Counted from the first letter of the whole stretch, positions 29,783-40,441 are shown. The stretch is DNA of 62,627 bases, filler included, from Candidatus Limnocylindrales bacterium (GCA_035559535.1; 5 parts of 5 records of this genome joined end to end with filler, not necessarily neighbours in it); one strand, 5' to 3'. Notes: generated from the sequence alone by a model not told the origin. Program-made: numbers and translations.

Positions 29783-30277
29783 TTACAGGTATGCCAGGAG
29801 GCGACCACAGGAGATAACTCCGGTCCAGAAGATAAGGGAGAGGATCCCGGCAAGCTTCGCAGCCCAAGGGGTTTCAATTTCCTGGTTCCAGGTCTTCACC
29901 GATTTGAAAATACCTTTGTGAAAGACTAAGGCGTTGAGGCCTGCAGCAGCAATCAAGATCAGCTTTAGACGAAAAGCAGGATTTGCAGCCATTTCCGTTG
30001 CATGGGCTATAAACATCATGAGGCCGGAAGGTATCACAAGCAACAGGCTTAAACGTGCCCACCGTAGATGGTGTCGCTCTAAATCTATAACCGGAACATG
30101 ACGAGACAGACCCAGTAACCGAAGATCAAACATGAAAGCAGCCCCCACCAGGGTAACAAAACCTACAATATGTACAATTTCTATGATGGGATAAAGCCAT
30201 CGCCACTGCCGCATGGCTATGGCAAGGGCACTCGTTTCCAGCCAAATTAACCAGGCCGGACCTATCAGTTCATGCAT
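29783..30277 (-). CDS. four-TM membrane protein (DUF6644/DUF2214-like)
   Basis: YPIIEIVHIVG, DLRLLG, NPAFRLKL, GRLLAYL. Confidence 0.72.
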   Translation of the reverse strand: MHELIGPAWLIWLETSALAIAMRQWRWLYPIIEIVHIVGFVTLVGAAFMFDLRLLGLSRHVPVIDLERHHLRWARLSLLLVIPSGLMMFIAHATEMAANPAFRLKLILIAAAGLNALVFHKGIFKSVKTWNQEIETPWAAKLAGILSLIFWTGVISCGRLLAYL

Positions 30278-30648
30278 TACCGTAACTCCGTGGTTTTCCC
30301 ATCAATGGTAATCCGCTCTGCCCGCATTTCGTCTTCTACGGTACGATGGGGATAACCTACCACCGTAGCCGTCTTTCCGGGCTGAAGCATCTCTTTAGTG
30401 AGGCCCCGACGCTCCATGCGAGAGGGGGGTGCCAGGACAACCCGCCAAATTTTTTCAGATCCCGATTCTGTCACCTTTAATTTAACATATCCATGGGGAT
30501 GCTCATAACCCGATTCCAGAATAGTCCCTGTAAAGTTCAAAGTCTTGCTATCGTCATATCCACTCCATCCATGATGGGCATGAGTTTCGGTGGCTCCTGT
30601 AATCAAGAAGAAGGCTATCGTCAGTATAAAAATCCCTTGTCTTGACAT
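30277..30648 (-). CDS. exported DUF6152-like protein
   Basis: Signal peptide then AHHGWSGYD, YEHPHG; GGAGG RBS; translationally coupled to the next gene. Confidence 0.72.
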   Translation of the reverse strand: MSRQGIFILTIAFFLITGATETHAHHGWSGYDDSKTLNFTGTILESGYEHPHGYVKLKVTESGSEKIWRVVLAPPSRMERRGLTKEMLQPGKTATVVGYPHRTVEDEMRAERITIDGKTTELR

Positions 30649-31122
30649 TTCTAACCTCCCTTTAGGAAAAACAAGTCCAAAGTCTAAAGTTTCCAGACAT
30701 TCTTTTTATTCAAAATAAACCCTATAAAAATCCGGTCAAGTAAAATGCCAATAATTGCTTTATAAGTGTTTAAAAGGAATGAAGTGAAAAAACCTTTAAG
30801 CGGACTTTACAGTAGATTGCTCCCACCGCTACCTGCCTGACCATACCAACCCCTATTACCAAGTCGGTATCGAAATGGGGTGTAAAGCAGGGTCAACCCC
30901 TCCCTTCCTTCCCTGTGTGTGGGGGGAGTTAGAGTAGGTTGCCTATGTAAGGGCCACGTAGAGTCACCTCTCCCCAGGATGCCTTATCTTTACCCACATT
31001 TTTCGATTTGGGAGGATGGGTTCAAAACGGTTAGTAGGTCAACCGTCCCGGTTGACCCACCTTGCAAAAAGAGGGAGCTTGCCCTCACGAAGGAGATTCA
31101 ATGCATTTCGCTACTCAACCAG

Positions 31123-31222
31123 NNNNNNNNNNNNNNNNNNNNNNNNNNNNNNNNNNNNNNNNNNNNTTAATTAATTAANNNNNNNNNNNNNNNNNNNNNN
31201 NNNNNNNNNNNNNNNNNNNNNN
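31123..31222. other. artificial contig linker
   Basis: 44 N + TTAATTAATTAA + 44 N. Confidence 0.97.
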
Positions 31223-31458
31223 CCAGGTTAATCATAGACATGGCCCATGCTTTGGAGTTGAAGGTTTTAGCGGAGGGGGTGGAGACGGAGGAGCAGTTGT
31301 TTTTTTTATGTGCCCAACAGTGTGATGAGGCCCAGGGTTACCTGTTTGGTAAACCTGTACCGGTTGAGGAGTTTGAAAAGTTATTAAAGGAAGATCGATG
31401 TTTTAAGAAATGCACAACAGAAAATTCCAATTATAAGACCAGCTACATCAAACCCTGA
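31223..31458 (+). CDS. C-terminus of an EAL-domain c-di-GMP phosphodiesterase (partial)
   Basis: VLAEGVETEEQ, CDEAQGYLFGKP. Confidence 0.88.
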
Positions 31459-31471
31459 GAAATTGTTATAG

Positions 31472-32089
31472 TTACTGAAAAGATCGAGGTAATTGTCGGA
31501 TTCGCCAGCCCCAGGCTATTATTCCGGCTAAAATCAACAGGCTTCCTAAGACCTTTCGTAAAGGGACGCTTTCCCAGCTCCAGATGATCATGGCCAGAGC
31601 AAAGAACCAGAACAGAGTAAATTCAACCCAGAAAACCTGCAAACCCCGACTCGAAAAAAAAGAAGAAATACCCAGGGGAGCGACCGGAATAGGTCGGAAA
31701 GGTAGAAAATACCGGGTATTATCAAAGGGAGCGAAAAAGGCAATTCCAAGCCCTCCATCTGTCATAGCATCCAGAACTCCGTGGGAAACAGTGATCCCCC
31801 AGTAAAATAGAATCAATCCCAGCCATCCTGAAGAGAAAACCGGGGTGATTTTGGAGGGAAAATGGGAAGCCCCCAGGGCCAGAACTCCAGCAAAAAACAG
31901 GGAATGGCTGAATCCGCGATGACCCAAGGGGTGGGAATAAGGAATCCAGGGCATCAGAAGGGCATCCAGATCGGGAATAACCGGTAAGACCGCAGATAAA
32001 AGCCCGTATTGATCTCTAACCTGAAAAGAATGGGTTATCAATCGGGCCAGACCGTAGCCAACAATGGCATGGGTAAAAATCGTCGGCAT
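31472..32089 (-). CDS. YdjM/YbcI-type metal-dependent membrane hydrolase
   Basis: PTIFTHA, PDLD, HRGFSHS, SHGVLDAMTDGG. Confidence 0.85.
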   Translation of the reverse strand: MPTIFTHAIVGYGLARLITHSFQVRDQYGLLSAVLPVIPDLDALLMPWIPYSHPLGHRGFSHSLFFAGVLALGASHFPSKITPVFSSGWLGLILFYWGITVSHGVLDAMTDGGLGIAFFAPFDNTRYFLPFRPIPVAPLGISSFFSSRGLQVFWVEFTLFWFFALAMIIWSWESVPLRKVLGSLLILAGIIAWGWRIRQLPRSFQ

Positions 32090-32091
32090 GT

Positions 32092-32460
32092 TTAGTCTAA
32101 ATCCTCATCTAATTCCTCATCCAATTCCATCAGATAGTTTCGAGCGTTCATTTCAACTACCCAGTTGTCAACCTCACCTTCTGTTTCCTGCTCCTCCCAA
32201 CCTATGGGAACACGAGAAAGAATAAACCTGTTTTCATGGGCAATATCCGCTATTTTCTCTAAAATAGGCTGGATTTCCTCCGGATCGTAATCTTCATTAT
32301 CCATCAATTCATCCATGATATGCAAAGCATCTTCTGTATACATAATATTTCCGGCTTCTTCTGGATTCTCCACCAGATATTTACATACCGACTCAATCCA
32401 TTCCCGATAGTCTCGGGTGAGTTCCCCGCGGGGACCTTGATAAGCAATGATTTTTATCAT
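32092..32460 (-). CDS. acidic hypothetical protein
   Basis: 122-aa ORF with GAGG RBS, 2 nt from the next gene. Confidence 0.7.
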   Translation of the reverse strand: MIKIIAYQGPRGELTRDYREWIESVCKYLVENPEEAGNIMYTEDALHIMDELMDNEDYDPEEIQPILEKIADIAHENRFILSRVPIGWEEQETEGEVDNWVVEMNARNYLMELDEELDEDLD

Positions 32461-32582
32461 ATTCTAACCTCTCTCTAATCCTTCCAAATTTTCCTTTTTA
32501 AAAAGAAAGATACATCCACCCAGAGAACTGTCAAGCCATATTCCCCCTTGACGCTTCTTATAAACAGGTTGAATATATAAAT

Positions 32583-34622
32583 ATGCAACGTAAACCCAAC
32601 AAATTTCGCCTGGTCTCCAATTTTAAACCCGCCGGGGATCAAATTTCTGCTATTCGAGAGTTGGTGGAAGGCATAAAAAGGGGAGATCCCCATCAGGTCT
32701 TATTGGGAGTGACCGGATCGGGTAAGACTTTCACCATCGCCAATGTTATCGAGCAGGTTCAGAAGCCCACCCTGGTTATTGCCCATAATAAAACTTTAGC
32801 CGCCCAGCTTTTCAATGAATTTCGTGAATTTTTTCCTGACAACGCCGTAGAGTACTTTGTCAGTTATTACGATTACTATCAGCCGGAGGCTTATATTCCC
32901 AGCACAGATACCTATATAGAGAAGGATGCTTCGATTAACGAGTATATCGATAAAATGCGGCATTCGGCAACCCGATCCCTTTTTGAAAGACGGGATGTCA
33001 TCATTGTGGCCAGCGTCTCTTGCATTTACGGTTTGGGTTCTCCGGAGGCCTATTATGGCATGCTCCTTTTTTTAGACCAGGGACAACCCATCAGTCGCCA
33101 AGAAATTTTGAGGAAACTTGTTTCCATCCATTATGAGCGCAACGATATCGGTTTCTCTCGGGGAACTTTTCGGGCTCGAGGGGATGTCATTGAAATTTAT
33201 CCTTCTTACCAGGATGAAGGCATTCGGATTGAGTTGTTTGGGGATGAAGTAGATACCCTGGCTGTTTTTGATCCATTAACGGGAAAAACCTTGGGGAAGC
33301 TGGACCGGGTGGTCATTTATCCTGCCAGTCATTATGTTACCCCAGCGGCTACTCTCAAGCGGGCCATCGAAAATATTAAAATAGAGCTGGCAGAACGGGA
33401 AGCAGAACTTCGGGCACAAGGAAAGTTGCTGGAAATGCAGCGGCTCCATCAACGAACCATGTTCGATCTGGAGATGATTCAGGAGGTGGGTTACTGCCAT
33501 GGGATTGAAAATTACTCCCGTCATCTCAGTGGGCGACAGCCGGGAGAACCCCCTCCCACTTTGCTGGACTACTTCCCCAGAGATTCGCTGATCGTCATTG
33601 ATGAAAGCCATGTGACCATCCCCCAACTTAAAGGCATGTATATTGGAGACCGTTCCCGAAAGACCACCCTGGTGGAATACGGATTTCGGCTTCCTTCGGC
33701 CCTGGACAACCGTCCATTGAAATTTGAGGAGTTTGAAAAACAGGTCTCCCAGGTCATTTACGTTTCGGCCACACCGGGTCCTTATGAATTGGAAAAAAGC
33801 CAGGGAGTCGTTGTAGAGCAGGTTATCCGCCCCACCGGACTTATGGATCCCGAGATTGTAGTTCGACCCGTTGCCGGACAGGTCGATGATCTCATGACAG
33901 AAATCAAAGCCCGGGCCAGGCGAAATGAACGGGTACTGGTAACTACACTAACCAAACGAATGGCCGAAGATCTTACCGAATATTACACCGACCTGGGTTT
34001 GAAAGTGCGCTACCTCCATTCCGATATCGATACGTTGGAGCGGGTGGAGATTATCCGGGACCTCCGGATGGGAAAATACGATGCGCTCATTGGAGTGAAT
34101 TTGCTTCGAGAAGGACTCGATATCCCGGAAGTTTCTCTGGTTGCAATTTTAGATGCCGATAAGGAAGGCTACCTGCGGTCTACAACCTCCTTGATTCAAA
34201 CTGCGGGACGAGCTGCCCGAAATGTCAACGGATTGGTCATTATGTATGCAGATAAGATAACCCAATCTATCCGGGAAGCCATTCAAGAATCCAACCGACG
34301 AAGAGAAAAACAGCGAAGATACAATGAAGAACATGGAATTACACCAGAGTCCATTCAGAAGTCTATCACCAACATTCTGGGAAGCATTTATGAAGCGGAT
34401 TACTATACGGTTCCCCTTTCTCAGGATGGGTCACTGGACCTGGCGCAGGATAAATTGTTAGTGGCCGAGAAGCCGGCGGAGTATCTGACTGAGGAAGATA
34501 TTTCCAATCTGATAGCCAGGTTAGAGAAAGAGATGAAGGAAGCGGCTAAGAAACTGGAGTTTGAAAGGGCTGCCGTGCTGAGGGATAAGATCAAAGAGTT
34601 GAAAAAGCGATCTGGAAGTTAA
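32583..34622 (+). CDS. uvrB: excinuclease ABC subunit B
   Basis: [32 protein letters not shown]-terminal UVR domain. Confidence 0.99.
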   Translation: MQRKPNKFRLVSNFKPAGDQISAIRELVEGIKRGDPHQVLLGVTGSGKTFTIANVIEQVQKPTLVIAHNKTLAAQLFNEFREFFPDNAVEYFVSYYDYYQPEAYIPSTDTYIEKDASINEYIDKMRHSATRSLFERRDVIIVASVSCIYGLGSPEAYYGMLLFLDQGQPISRQEILRKLVSIHYERNDIGFSRGTFRARGDVIEIYPSYQDEGIRIELFGDEVDTLAVFDPLTGKTLGKLDRVVIYPASHYVTPAATLKRAIENIKIELAEREAELRAQGKLLEMQRLHQRTMFDLEMIQEVGYCHGIENYSRHLSGRQPGEPPPTLLDYFPRDSLIVIDESHVTIPQLKGMYIGDRSRKTTLVEYGFRLPSALDNRPLKFEEFEKQVSQVIYVSATPGPYELEKSQGVVVEQVIRPTGLMDPEIVVRPVAGQVDDLMTEIKARARRNERVLVTTLTKRMAEDLTEYYTDLGLKVRYLHSDIDTLERVEIIRDLRMGKYDALIGVNLLREGLDIPEVSLVAILDADKEGYLRSTTSLIQTAGRAARNVNGLVIMYADKITQSIREAIQESNRRREKQRRYNEEHGITPESIQKSITNILGSIYEADYYTVPLSQDGSLDLAQDKLLVAEKPAEYLTEEDISNLIARLEKEMKEAAKKLEFERAAVLRDKIKELKKRSGS

Positions 34623-34700
34623 AAGCATCTGAGGTGAGAGAATAGACCTGCCGACAGGCAGGATAACCTGACCTCGAGTTCCAAGTTTCAAGCCTCAAAT

Positions 34701-35333
34701 ATGAAAATTTACGATATTTCCGTTCCCTTATCCAATGAGTTGCCGACCTGGCCGGGAGACCCTCCCCTCAGGATTGAGAAGGCTTTGGATCTGGACCGGG
34801 GCGACCCGGCTAACGTTTCCCTCATCACACTGGGTTCCCACACAGGAACCCATCTGGATGCGCCGGGACATTTCATTCGGGATGGTAAAACCATAGACCA
34901 GATTCCACTGGATATTTTCATAGGAAGAGTGAGGGTTTATGAACTTAACGTTGAAAAAAGAATCGAAGTGGATGACTTGAAGGGTTTATCCTGGCAGGGG
35001 ATTGAACGTGTTCTTTTTAAAACTCGAAATTCCCTGGAATGCTGGAAAGATGAAATTTTTCATACCGATTTTGTTCATCTTTCCCAAAAGGCAGCCGAAT
35101 ATCTGGTCGAGAAGGGAATTAAGTTGATAGGGATCGATTATCTTTCGGTTGAAGCCTTTGGAAGCACAGAATTTCCGGTTCACCACACTCTCCTGAGCCA
35201 TGAAGTCATTCCTTTGGAGGGACTGAATCTCTCGGAGGTGGAACCCGGGGATTACGAGATATGTTGTCTTCCCATCAAGATTAAAAACGGAGATGGAGCT
35301 CCGGTTCGAGCCATTTTGAAAAGCTTAAGCTAA
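34701..35333 (+). CDS. cyclase-family hydrolase (kynurenine formamidase KynB-like)
   Basis: WPGDP, HTGTHLDAPGH, GIDYLSV, EGLNL, GDGAPVRA. Confidence 0.9.
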   Translation: MKIYDISVPLSNELPTWPGDPPLRIEKALDLDRGDPANVSLITLGSHTGTHLDAPGHFIRDGKTIDQIPLDIFIGRVRVYELNVEKRIEVDDLKGLSWQGIERVLFKTRNSLECWKDEIFHTDFVHLSQKAAEYLVEKGIKLIGIDYLSVEAFGSTEFPVHHTLLSHEVIPLEGLNLSEVEPGDYEICCLPIKIKNGDGAPVRAILKSLS

Positions 35334-35400
35334 AAGGGTCAAAATGAAAGGCCCAAGAAACAGATCTTGAGCTTTTCTCTTTTCATCTTGATTTTTTCCC

Positions 35401-36228
35401 TTGTTCCGAAGTATTAAAAATAGACTTCTGGCTAAATTCTTTACAAAATTCCCTCAACTCGTAGATCGTTGGGCAGAGAAAACCTCTTTTTGGGAAAGTC
35501 GGGACGTTCCCTGGACGCCTTTAAAGAAAAAGCTTAGGGATTGTCGGGTTGCCTTAATTACAACAGGTGGCGTTCATTTAAAAAATCAACTCCCCTTTGA
35601 CATGAAAAACCCCCACGGAGACCCTACTTACCGGGAGATTCCTCGAGATACTCACCGGGAGGACTTAACGATTACCCATGATTACTACGATCATCGCGAT
35701 GCCGACAGGGATATCAATATCATCTTCCCTATAGAACGCTTAAAAGAGCTGGCCCAACTCCGGGTCATTGGAGAAGAAGCTCCTTTTCATTACAGTTTTA
35801 TGGGACATATCGATAAAGATTTGATAGATATCCTGATACGACAAACGGCCCCCGAGGTGGCCGAAAAACTTAGGGCGGCTCAGGTGGATGCAGTCCTTTT
35901 AACTCCGGCTTGAGGGCTCTGCAATCAGTCTGTAGGACTGATCCAGCGAGAAGTTGAACGGAAGGGTATTTCTACGATTTCTATCACCCTGGTACGTAAG
36001 GTTACAGAAGCCGTTAAACCTCCCAGGGCTTTGTCTCTTCGCTGGCCTTTCGGGCATCCTTTGGGAGAACCCTTTCAGGTAAATCAACAAATGACCATTC
36101 TAAAAGAGATGCTGGATGCGCTCCAGACTCTGGATACCCCCGGCACGATCCGGGATCTCCCCCACCGTTGGCGTCGAGAAACCTATCAGAACCCTTTTTC
36201 CTCTCCCCTTGTGGATAAAGTTCCATAA
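35401..36228 (+). CDS. PrdB/GrdB-like selenoprotein (Sec at TGA 35911-35913)
   Basis: PrdB-like sequence on both sides of an in-frame TGA (VLLTPA-U-GLCNQSVGLIQR...KPPRAL...PFGHPLGEP); SECIS-like hairpin; TTG start uncertain. Confidence 0.88.
35914..35947 (+). promoter_or_regulatory. bacterial SECIS element
   Basis: ATCAGTC-TGTAG-GACTGAT perfect 7-bp stem (35924-35942); apical loop begins 18 nt after the UGA with G in loop position 2. Confidence 0.75.
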
Positions 36229-36294
36229 AGTTGCGTTCCGCCTGCCCATGGACAGACTACCTTAACCCTCCATCCCCGGCGCCAGGTTAAGCTG

Positions 36295-36487
36295 AAAAGC
36301 CCTGTCAGGAACGAACCATGGGTAGCCCCCGATATAAGTGGGGAGATTCAGAATTCAGAATTTTTTCACATCCTGGTAAACAGGTTGCCCCTGACGGAGC
36401 TTAGAGGATCCTGTTATCCTGTTTCCCCTAGTTTATGCCAGGGATTATCAACAGCTTGCCCCGCCGGGGCTAACCTTCCTATCCTGG
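36295..36487. repeat. dispersed REP/REPIN-like element
   Basis: Homologous, inverted, to 59006-59141; shares CCCCGCCGGGGCTAACCTTC(C/T)TATCCTGG and AAAAGCCC(T/C)GTCA ends. Confidence 0.7.
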
Positions 36488-36791
36488 CGCTTAGGCCCCT
36501 GTTCCCCCCTCAAGGGAGCAAGGGAGGATGTTCAGGCCGAAAATAAGGCTTTTCCTCTTCTTAGCTTGATGGGTATGTCCCCCTTTCCTACCCTTCCCCT
36601 GAAACTTCAAAAGAGGGGTTGAGGCCGGGGAGGAACTGGATCGTTCAGTGCACAAATTTGAAACCGGTATGACTTCTCAAATAAAAAGGTGTGGCATTCA
36701 GGCTCATTTGCTGTATTTTAACTTAGTGAAAAATATCCGATTTTGGGCTAGGTAAAACTTATAAACTTTATCTCCAATTCTAATCTAGAAT

Positions 36792-38138
36792 ATGACACCA
36801 GTGACCCGAGATCCCGTTTGTAGAACGCGCTTGAATCCGGCACGATTGCGCTGGCGTAGTCGATACCAGAATCATACCTATTATTTCTGTAGTACCAGTT
36901 GCAAATCCCGGTTTGATAAATCCCCAGAAACCTACACAGAGAATTACGAAGATGGGATCATTGTTACGCAGATACCGCCTTTGTCTGCTTCCACAAAGGG
37001 TTCAAAGGCAAATGGAGAATCCCGAGCTAATACGAATGGAACGTTAGGTGGAAACGGCAGAACCATCGTTGAAGGCGTACCGACCATTGTTCAGTTGCGA
37101 AGTTGGGCCCTGGTTATTTTAGGAATAGGGACCATTATCGCTTTTTGTTACTTCGCCCAGCCGGTTATAATTCCTTTTATCCTAGCCCTCTATCTTTCCT
37201 ATATTTTAAGTCCTTTGGTCAGCTTTACAACCCACTGGCTTAAAATCCCCCATACCGTCGCCAGTATCCTGGCCGTACTCTTAGCCTTAAGTATTATCCT
37301 CACAGGTCTCTATTTTTTGATAGGCCAGGTACAAAACTTTATGGAAGATTTTCCAAAATATTCTCATAAACTTCGGACCTTGATTGGAGGAGTCCAGAAG
37401 GAAGTAAAGCAGATCCAGGAGAAAACCGAGGATCTAACCAAGGAAGAAAAAAAGGATATTCCAGAGGTCAGAATTGCTAACCAAGCAACCCATTATTTCA
37501 AAACCTTAACCACGACCTTTGATGTGGTAAGTACCTTTGTACTCGTCCTGTTTTTTGTTCTCTTCTTGCTTAAAGATCAAATCATCTTTAAAAAGAAACT
37601 GATTGCCATCGCCAGTCGAGCAGATCGAAAACTGACCATCAACATTATCGATAATATCAGCCAAAAAATTCAACGCTACCTTATTGTAATGTCCCTGATT
37701 AATCTGGGGCTTGCCGTTGTCCATACCCTTTCATTTTTTTTACAGGGTATTCCTTATTTCTATATCTGGGGACCTCTGGTAGGTATCCTCAATTTTATCC
37801 CTTATGTAGGCCCTTTTATTGCCATAATTCCTCCTACCCTGATGGCTATTATTCAATATGAAGGCTGGAAACATGCTTTGCTGTTGGTGACCATATATCT
37901 TTTCATTCAAAATTTAGAAGGTAATTATATCACCCCCAGCCTGGTCGGTCATCAGATCGACCTAAATCCCATTGCCCAGTTATTATCGGCTATCTTTTGG
38001 ACCTGGCTTTGGGGTCCAGTGGGACTTTTGCTTTCGACCCCCTTGCTGGTTTCCCTGAAAGTCATTATCGATAGCTTTGAAAACCTGAAACCTATCGGGA
38101 TTTTCCTGGGTGAAACTGTCGATCAATTCGAAGGGTAG
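36792..38138 (+). CDS. YHS-domain / AI-2E (PerM) family transporter fusion
   Basis: DPVC...YYFCSTSCKSRFDKSPETY followed by AI-2E motifs (LNFIPYVGP, QNLEGNYITP, WLWGPVGLLLSTP). Confidence 0.85.
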   Translation: MTPVTRDPVCRTRLNPARLRWRSRYQNHTYYFCSTSCKSRFDKSPETYTENYEDGIIVTQIPPLSASTKGSKANGESRANTNGTLGGNGRTIVEGVPTIVQLRSWALVILGIGTIIAFCYFAQPVIIPFILALYLSYILSPLVSFTTHWLKIPHTVASILAVLLALSIILTGLYFLIGQVQNFMEDFPKYSHKLRTLIGGVQKEVKQIQEKTEDLTKEEKKDIPEVRIANQATHYFKTLTTTFDVVSTFVLVLFFVLFLLKDQIIFKKKLIAIASRADRKLTINIIDNISQKIQRYLIVMSLINLGLAVVHTLSFFLQGIPYFYIWGPLVGILNFIPYVGPFIAIIPPTLMAIIQYEGWKHALLLVTIYLFIQNLEGNYITPSLVGHQIDLNPIAQLLSAIFWTWLWGPVGLLLSTPLLVSLKVIIDSFENLKPIGIFLGETVDQFEG

Positions 38139-38849
38139 GCTTTAGTCGTACCTCAACTTTTCTGACCCCTGTTAAATTCTAAATTAAAATAGAGACTCCG
38201 GTGGTAATGGCCCTATGAAATCGCTTTTTAACCTGTCGTCGTAAAAAAGTGACATGGAGGAAAGCCTGGATCCTACGGATTTTATCCGAAGCCTTGAAGG
38301 GACCGAGTCCTAAATGGATGACGATCTGTCATGTTTTTAAAACAAATGAACTCCTGTAAAGACTAAAAAAATCAGTACTTTGTAAAGTTAATTCTGTGTA
38401 ATGGTCTGCCCTCACCCGGCTCCTCTCCCGAAGCTTCAGGAGAGGGAGGCCTTTGGGAAATTGGAAAGTACCCCTGGCAGACAGAAGCCAATCGGTGGTA
38501 TGGCCTTTGCTTTAGAAAAGAGGTAAAAGCAAAAAGCTCCGTTCTGTATAATCCGGGGATGAGGCAACCGATCTGAAAATCTGGAAGTAGACCTCTATAG
38601 CTACTCTTGGAAGGTAACCGCATAGGACTACCCGACCCCTTACCTCATATTTTCCTGGTAAACCCCATAGCCCCACTCCCAGCCCTCCCCATTTTCCCTC
38701 CCCGTCCACGGGGAGGGTCAGGGTGGGGGCATCGGGGAGGGAGCCTATCGAGGGGAAATTGAATCTCCAAGAAAACCGATGGGGTATTCTCCAGAAGGAT
38801 CTGATGAATCCTCCATCCAAGAACCTCCATTCAGGAAGGAGAAAGAATT

Positions 38850-39233
38850 ATGGTAGTTATTTTCAAGAGAAGGATCTTTATAGGAGCCCTCTTAGGATTT
38901 TGTTTTATATGTATGCAAAATCTTATCCGACCGATTTCTAGGATAATAATTCCCACCGAGCATCAACCGAGACGGTTAACCTACCTGTCGGCCTATTTAG
39001 CCTACAAAGGAGGTGCAGAGACAAACTCACAAAATGTCTGGCCCGGTGCTTTCCAGGGATTAAATATCAAAACTACCTTAATCGAATTAAAACCATCCTG
39101 GAAAGAACAGAAAATCTCCCTATGCTCCCATGAAAATGATGATGATGACAACGGAAATAACAACGACGAAGGAGATAACGGTGGAAATGAAGGAGATGAG
39201 GGAGGAGAAGATACAGAATTGATAGAAACGTGA
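38850..39233 (+). CDS. hypothetical protein with N-terminal hydrophobic segment and acidic low-complexity tail
   Basis: AAGGAG RBS; tail ENDDDDNGNNNDEGDNGGNEGDEGGED. Confidence 0.5.
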   Translation: MVVIFKRRIFIGALLGFCFICMQNLIRPISRIIIPTEHQPRRLTYLSAYLAYKGGAETNSQNVWPGAFQGLNIKTTLIELKPSWKEQKISLCSHENDDDDNGNNNDEGDNGGNEGDEGGEDTELIET

Positions 39234-39442
39234 TGGTGTAAGGAAGAGCCAGGCAGGAATTTTGGACAAAGCCATCTAACTAGGATTCTCTTAAGGTGGG
39301 TTTCAAACCCACCCCTACCAGACCGTTCGAAAATTCGTTCTAACTGTTTAGGATTGGTTACTCAGGATTTATGGCTCTAGAGATAACCCCTCATTTTGTT
39401 AACTAAAGGTAGTTCAACCAAGAAGAAATATCCAGGGTTGTT

Positions 39443-40441
39443 TTACTTCCAAACATCTATGGGTTGAGCCCGACTATCCCCCTCTGCAAGGGTACCCAAA
39501 CAGAAATTGTCTTCAATGGTTCGTAACACGTTAAAATGATTATAGTTCTCATGGTAGTCACCGGGTTTTACCATTCCCCCTAGGAATACTGTATAGATGT
39601 GATTATCCTTTCTTTTATTCTCCTTACCGGATTCATCAAAGGTGATCACAAGGAGTGTCCTGGCCATAAAATCTGGATCTTGAAGGAGAGGCTCCAGAAA
39701 ACCCTGGAGCCAGCGGGAAGCATGGGCTAAATCGGTATCATGGCCGTTATGATCCATATCCGGCGTGTAAAATGCATATTCGGGAAGTTCCTTATTCCTT
39801 AAATCTTCGGCAAATTGGCTTGCCGGAACAATGTTGGCACAATACTTTTCCCGCTGATGACTGGGTATGAAGCTTACAAAGGGTACATGCTTTCTGGCAT
39901 AACGGCCATAACGAGATTCTGTGAAACAAAAATCCGGATGCTTCTTCGGATCCATACTCCGCCTATCCGGGTACCCTTCGGCATAGTTCTTCCATCTAAG
40001 TCCATGGGATTGGAGCAGATCGGCAATTGTTTTATGATCTGTTAAATCAACCTGCCAGTCGAAGTGAGTTCGGATCTCCTTTCCGGATACCATGGCTAAA
40101 TAGTTCGAGTAAGAAGGATGAAACAACCCATGAAAATTGGTGAAGTTCGCACCACGCTGGGCCAGGGAGCGGAAGTAAGAATCTTTCATTACATCCTCAT
40201 AATTCTGATTCTCAAGAACAATGATAAGCACGCGCTGGAAGTGCTTAGGGGTCCCAGGGGTACAGGGGGTCTGAGCAAAAGAGGCGGTTGGGTAGATATA
40301 AAAACGTATGATCCCCATCATCGTTAAAAGAAGAGCATGGATAAGTGTATGAAAGAAGGTTACATTTTTTTTCACTCCTGCCTTTCCCATTCTTCTCCAT
40401 CCTTTCCAGATAATACCCTTTAGACCCTCAGACTTTATCAA
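39443..40441 (-). CDS. exported phosphoesterase / acid phosphatase family protein
   Basis: IIVLENQ, HPSYSNY, YARKHVPF, HNGHD, ITFDE, LRTIEDN; true start probably downstream of 40441. Confidence 0.85.
   Translation of the reverse strand: MIKSEGLKGIIWKGWRRMGKAGVKKNVTFFHTLIHALLLTMMGIIRFYIYPTASFAQTPCTPGTPKHFQRVLIIVLENQNYEDVMKDSYFRSLAQRGANFTNFHGLFHPSYSNYLAMVSGKEIRTHFDWQVDLTDHKTIADLLQSHGLRWKNYAEGYPDRRSMDPKKHPDFCFTESRYGRYARKHVPFVSFIPSHQREKYCANIVPASQFAEDLRNKELPEYAFYTPDMDHNGHDTDLAHASRWLQGFLEPLLQDPDFMARTLLVITFDESGKENKRKDNHIYTVFLGGMVKPGDYHENYNHFNVLRTIEDNFCLGTLAEGDSRAQPIDVWK

Noticed and set aside
30830-31122. Riboswitch upstream of a gene starting at 31101
   Set aside because: Hairpins are present (e.g. 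GGTCAACC/GGTTGACC) but no known aptamer consensus, and the downstream gene is cut after 7 codons
35911-35913. Nonsense mutation or two separate genes
   Set aside because: The TGA falls exactly at the Sec position of the U-x-x-C motif and is followed by a SECIS-like hairpin
38257-38272. GAGGAAAGCC resembling the RNase P RNA core GAGGAAAGUCC
   Set aside because: The other conserved RNase P regions are absent
38372-38941. Several overlapping short ORFs (also 5519-5977, 25908-26093, 59020-59328)
   Set aside because: They are translations of GC-rich palindromic repeats or antisense shadows
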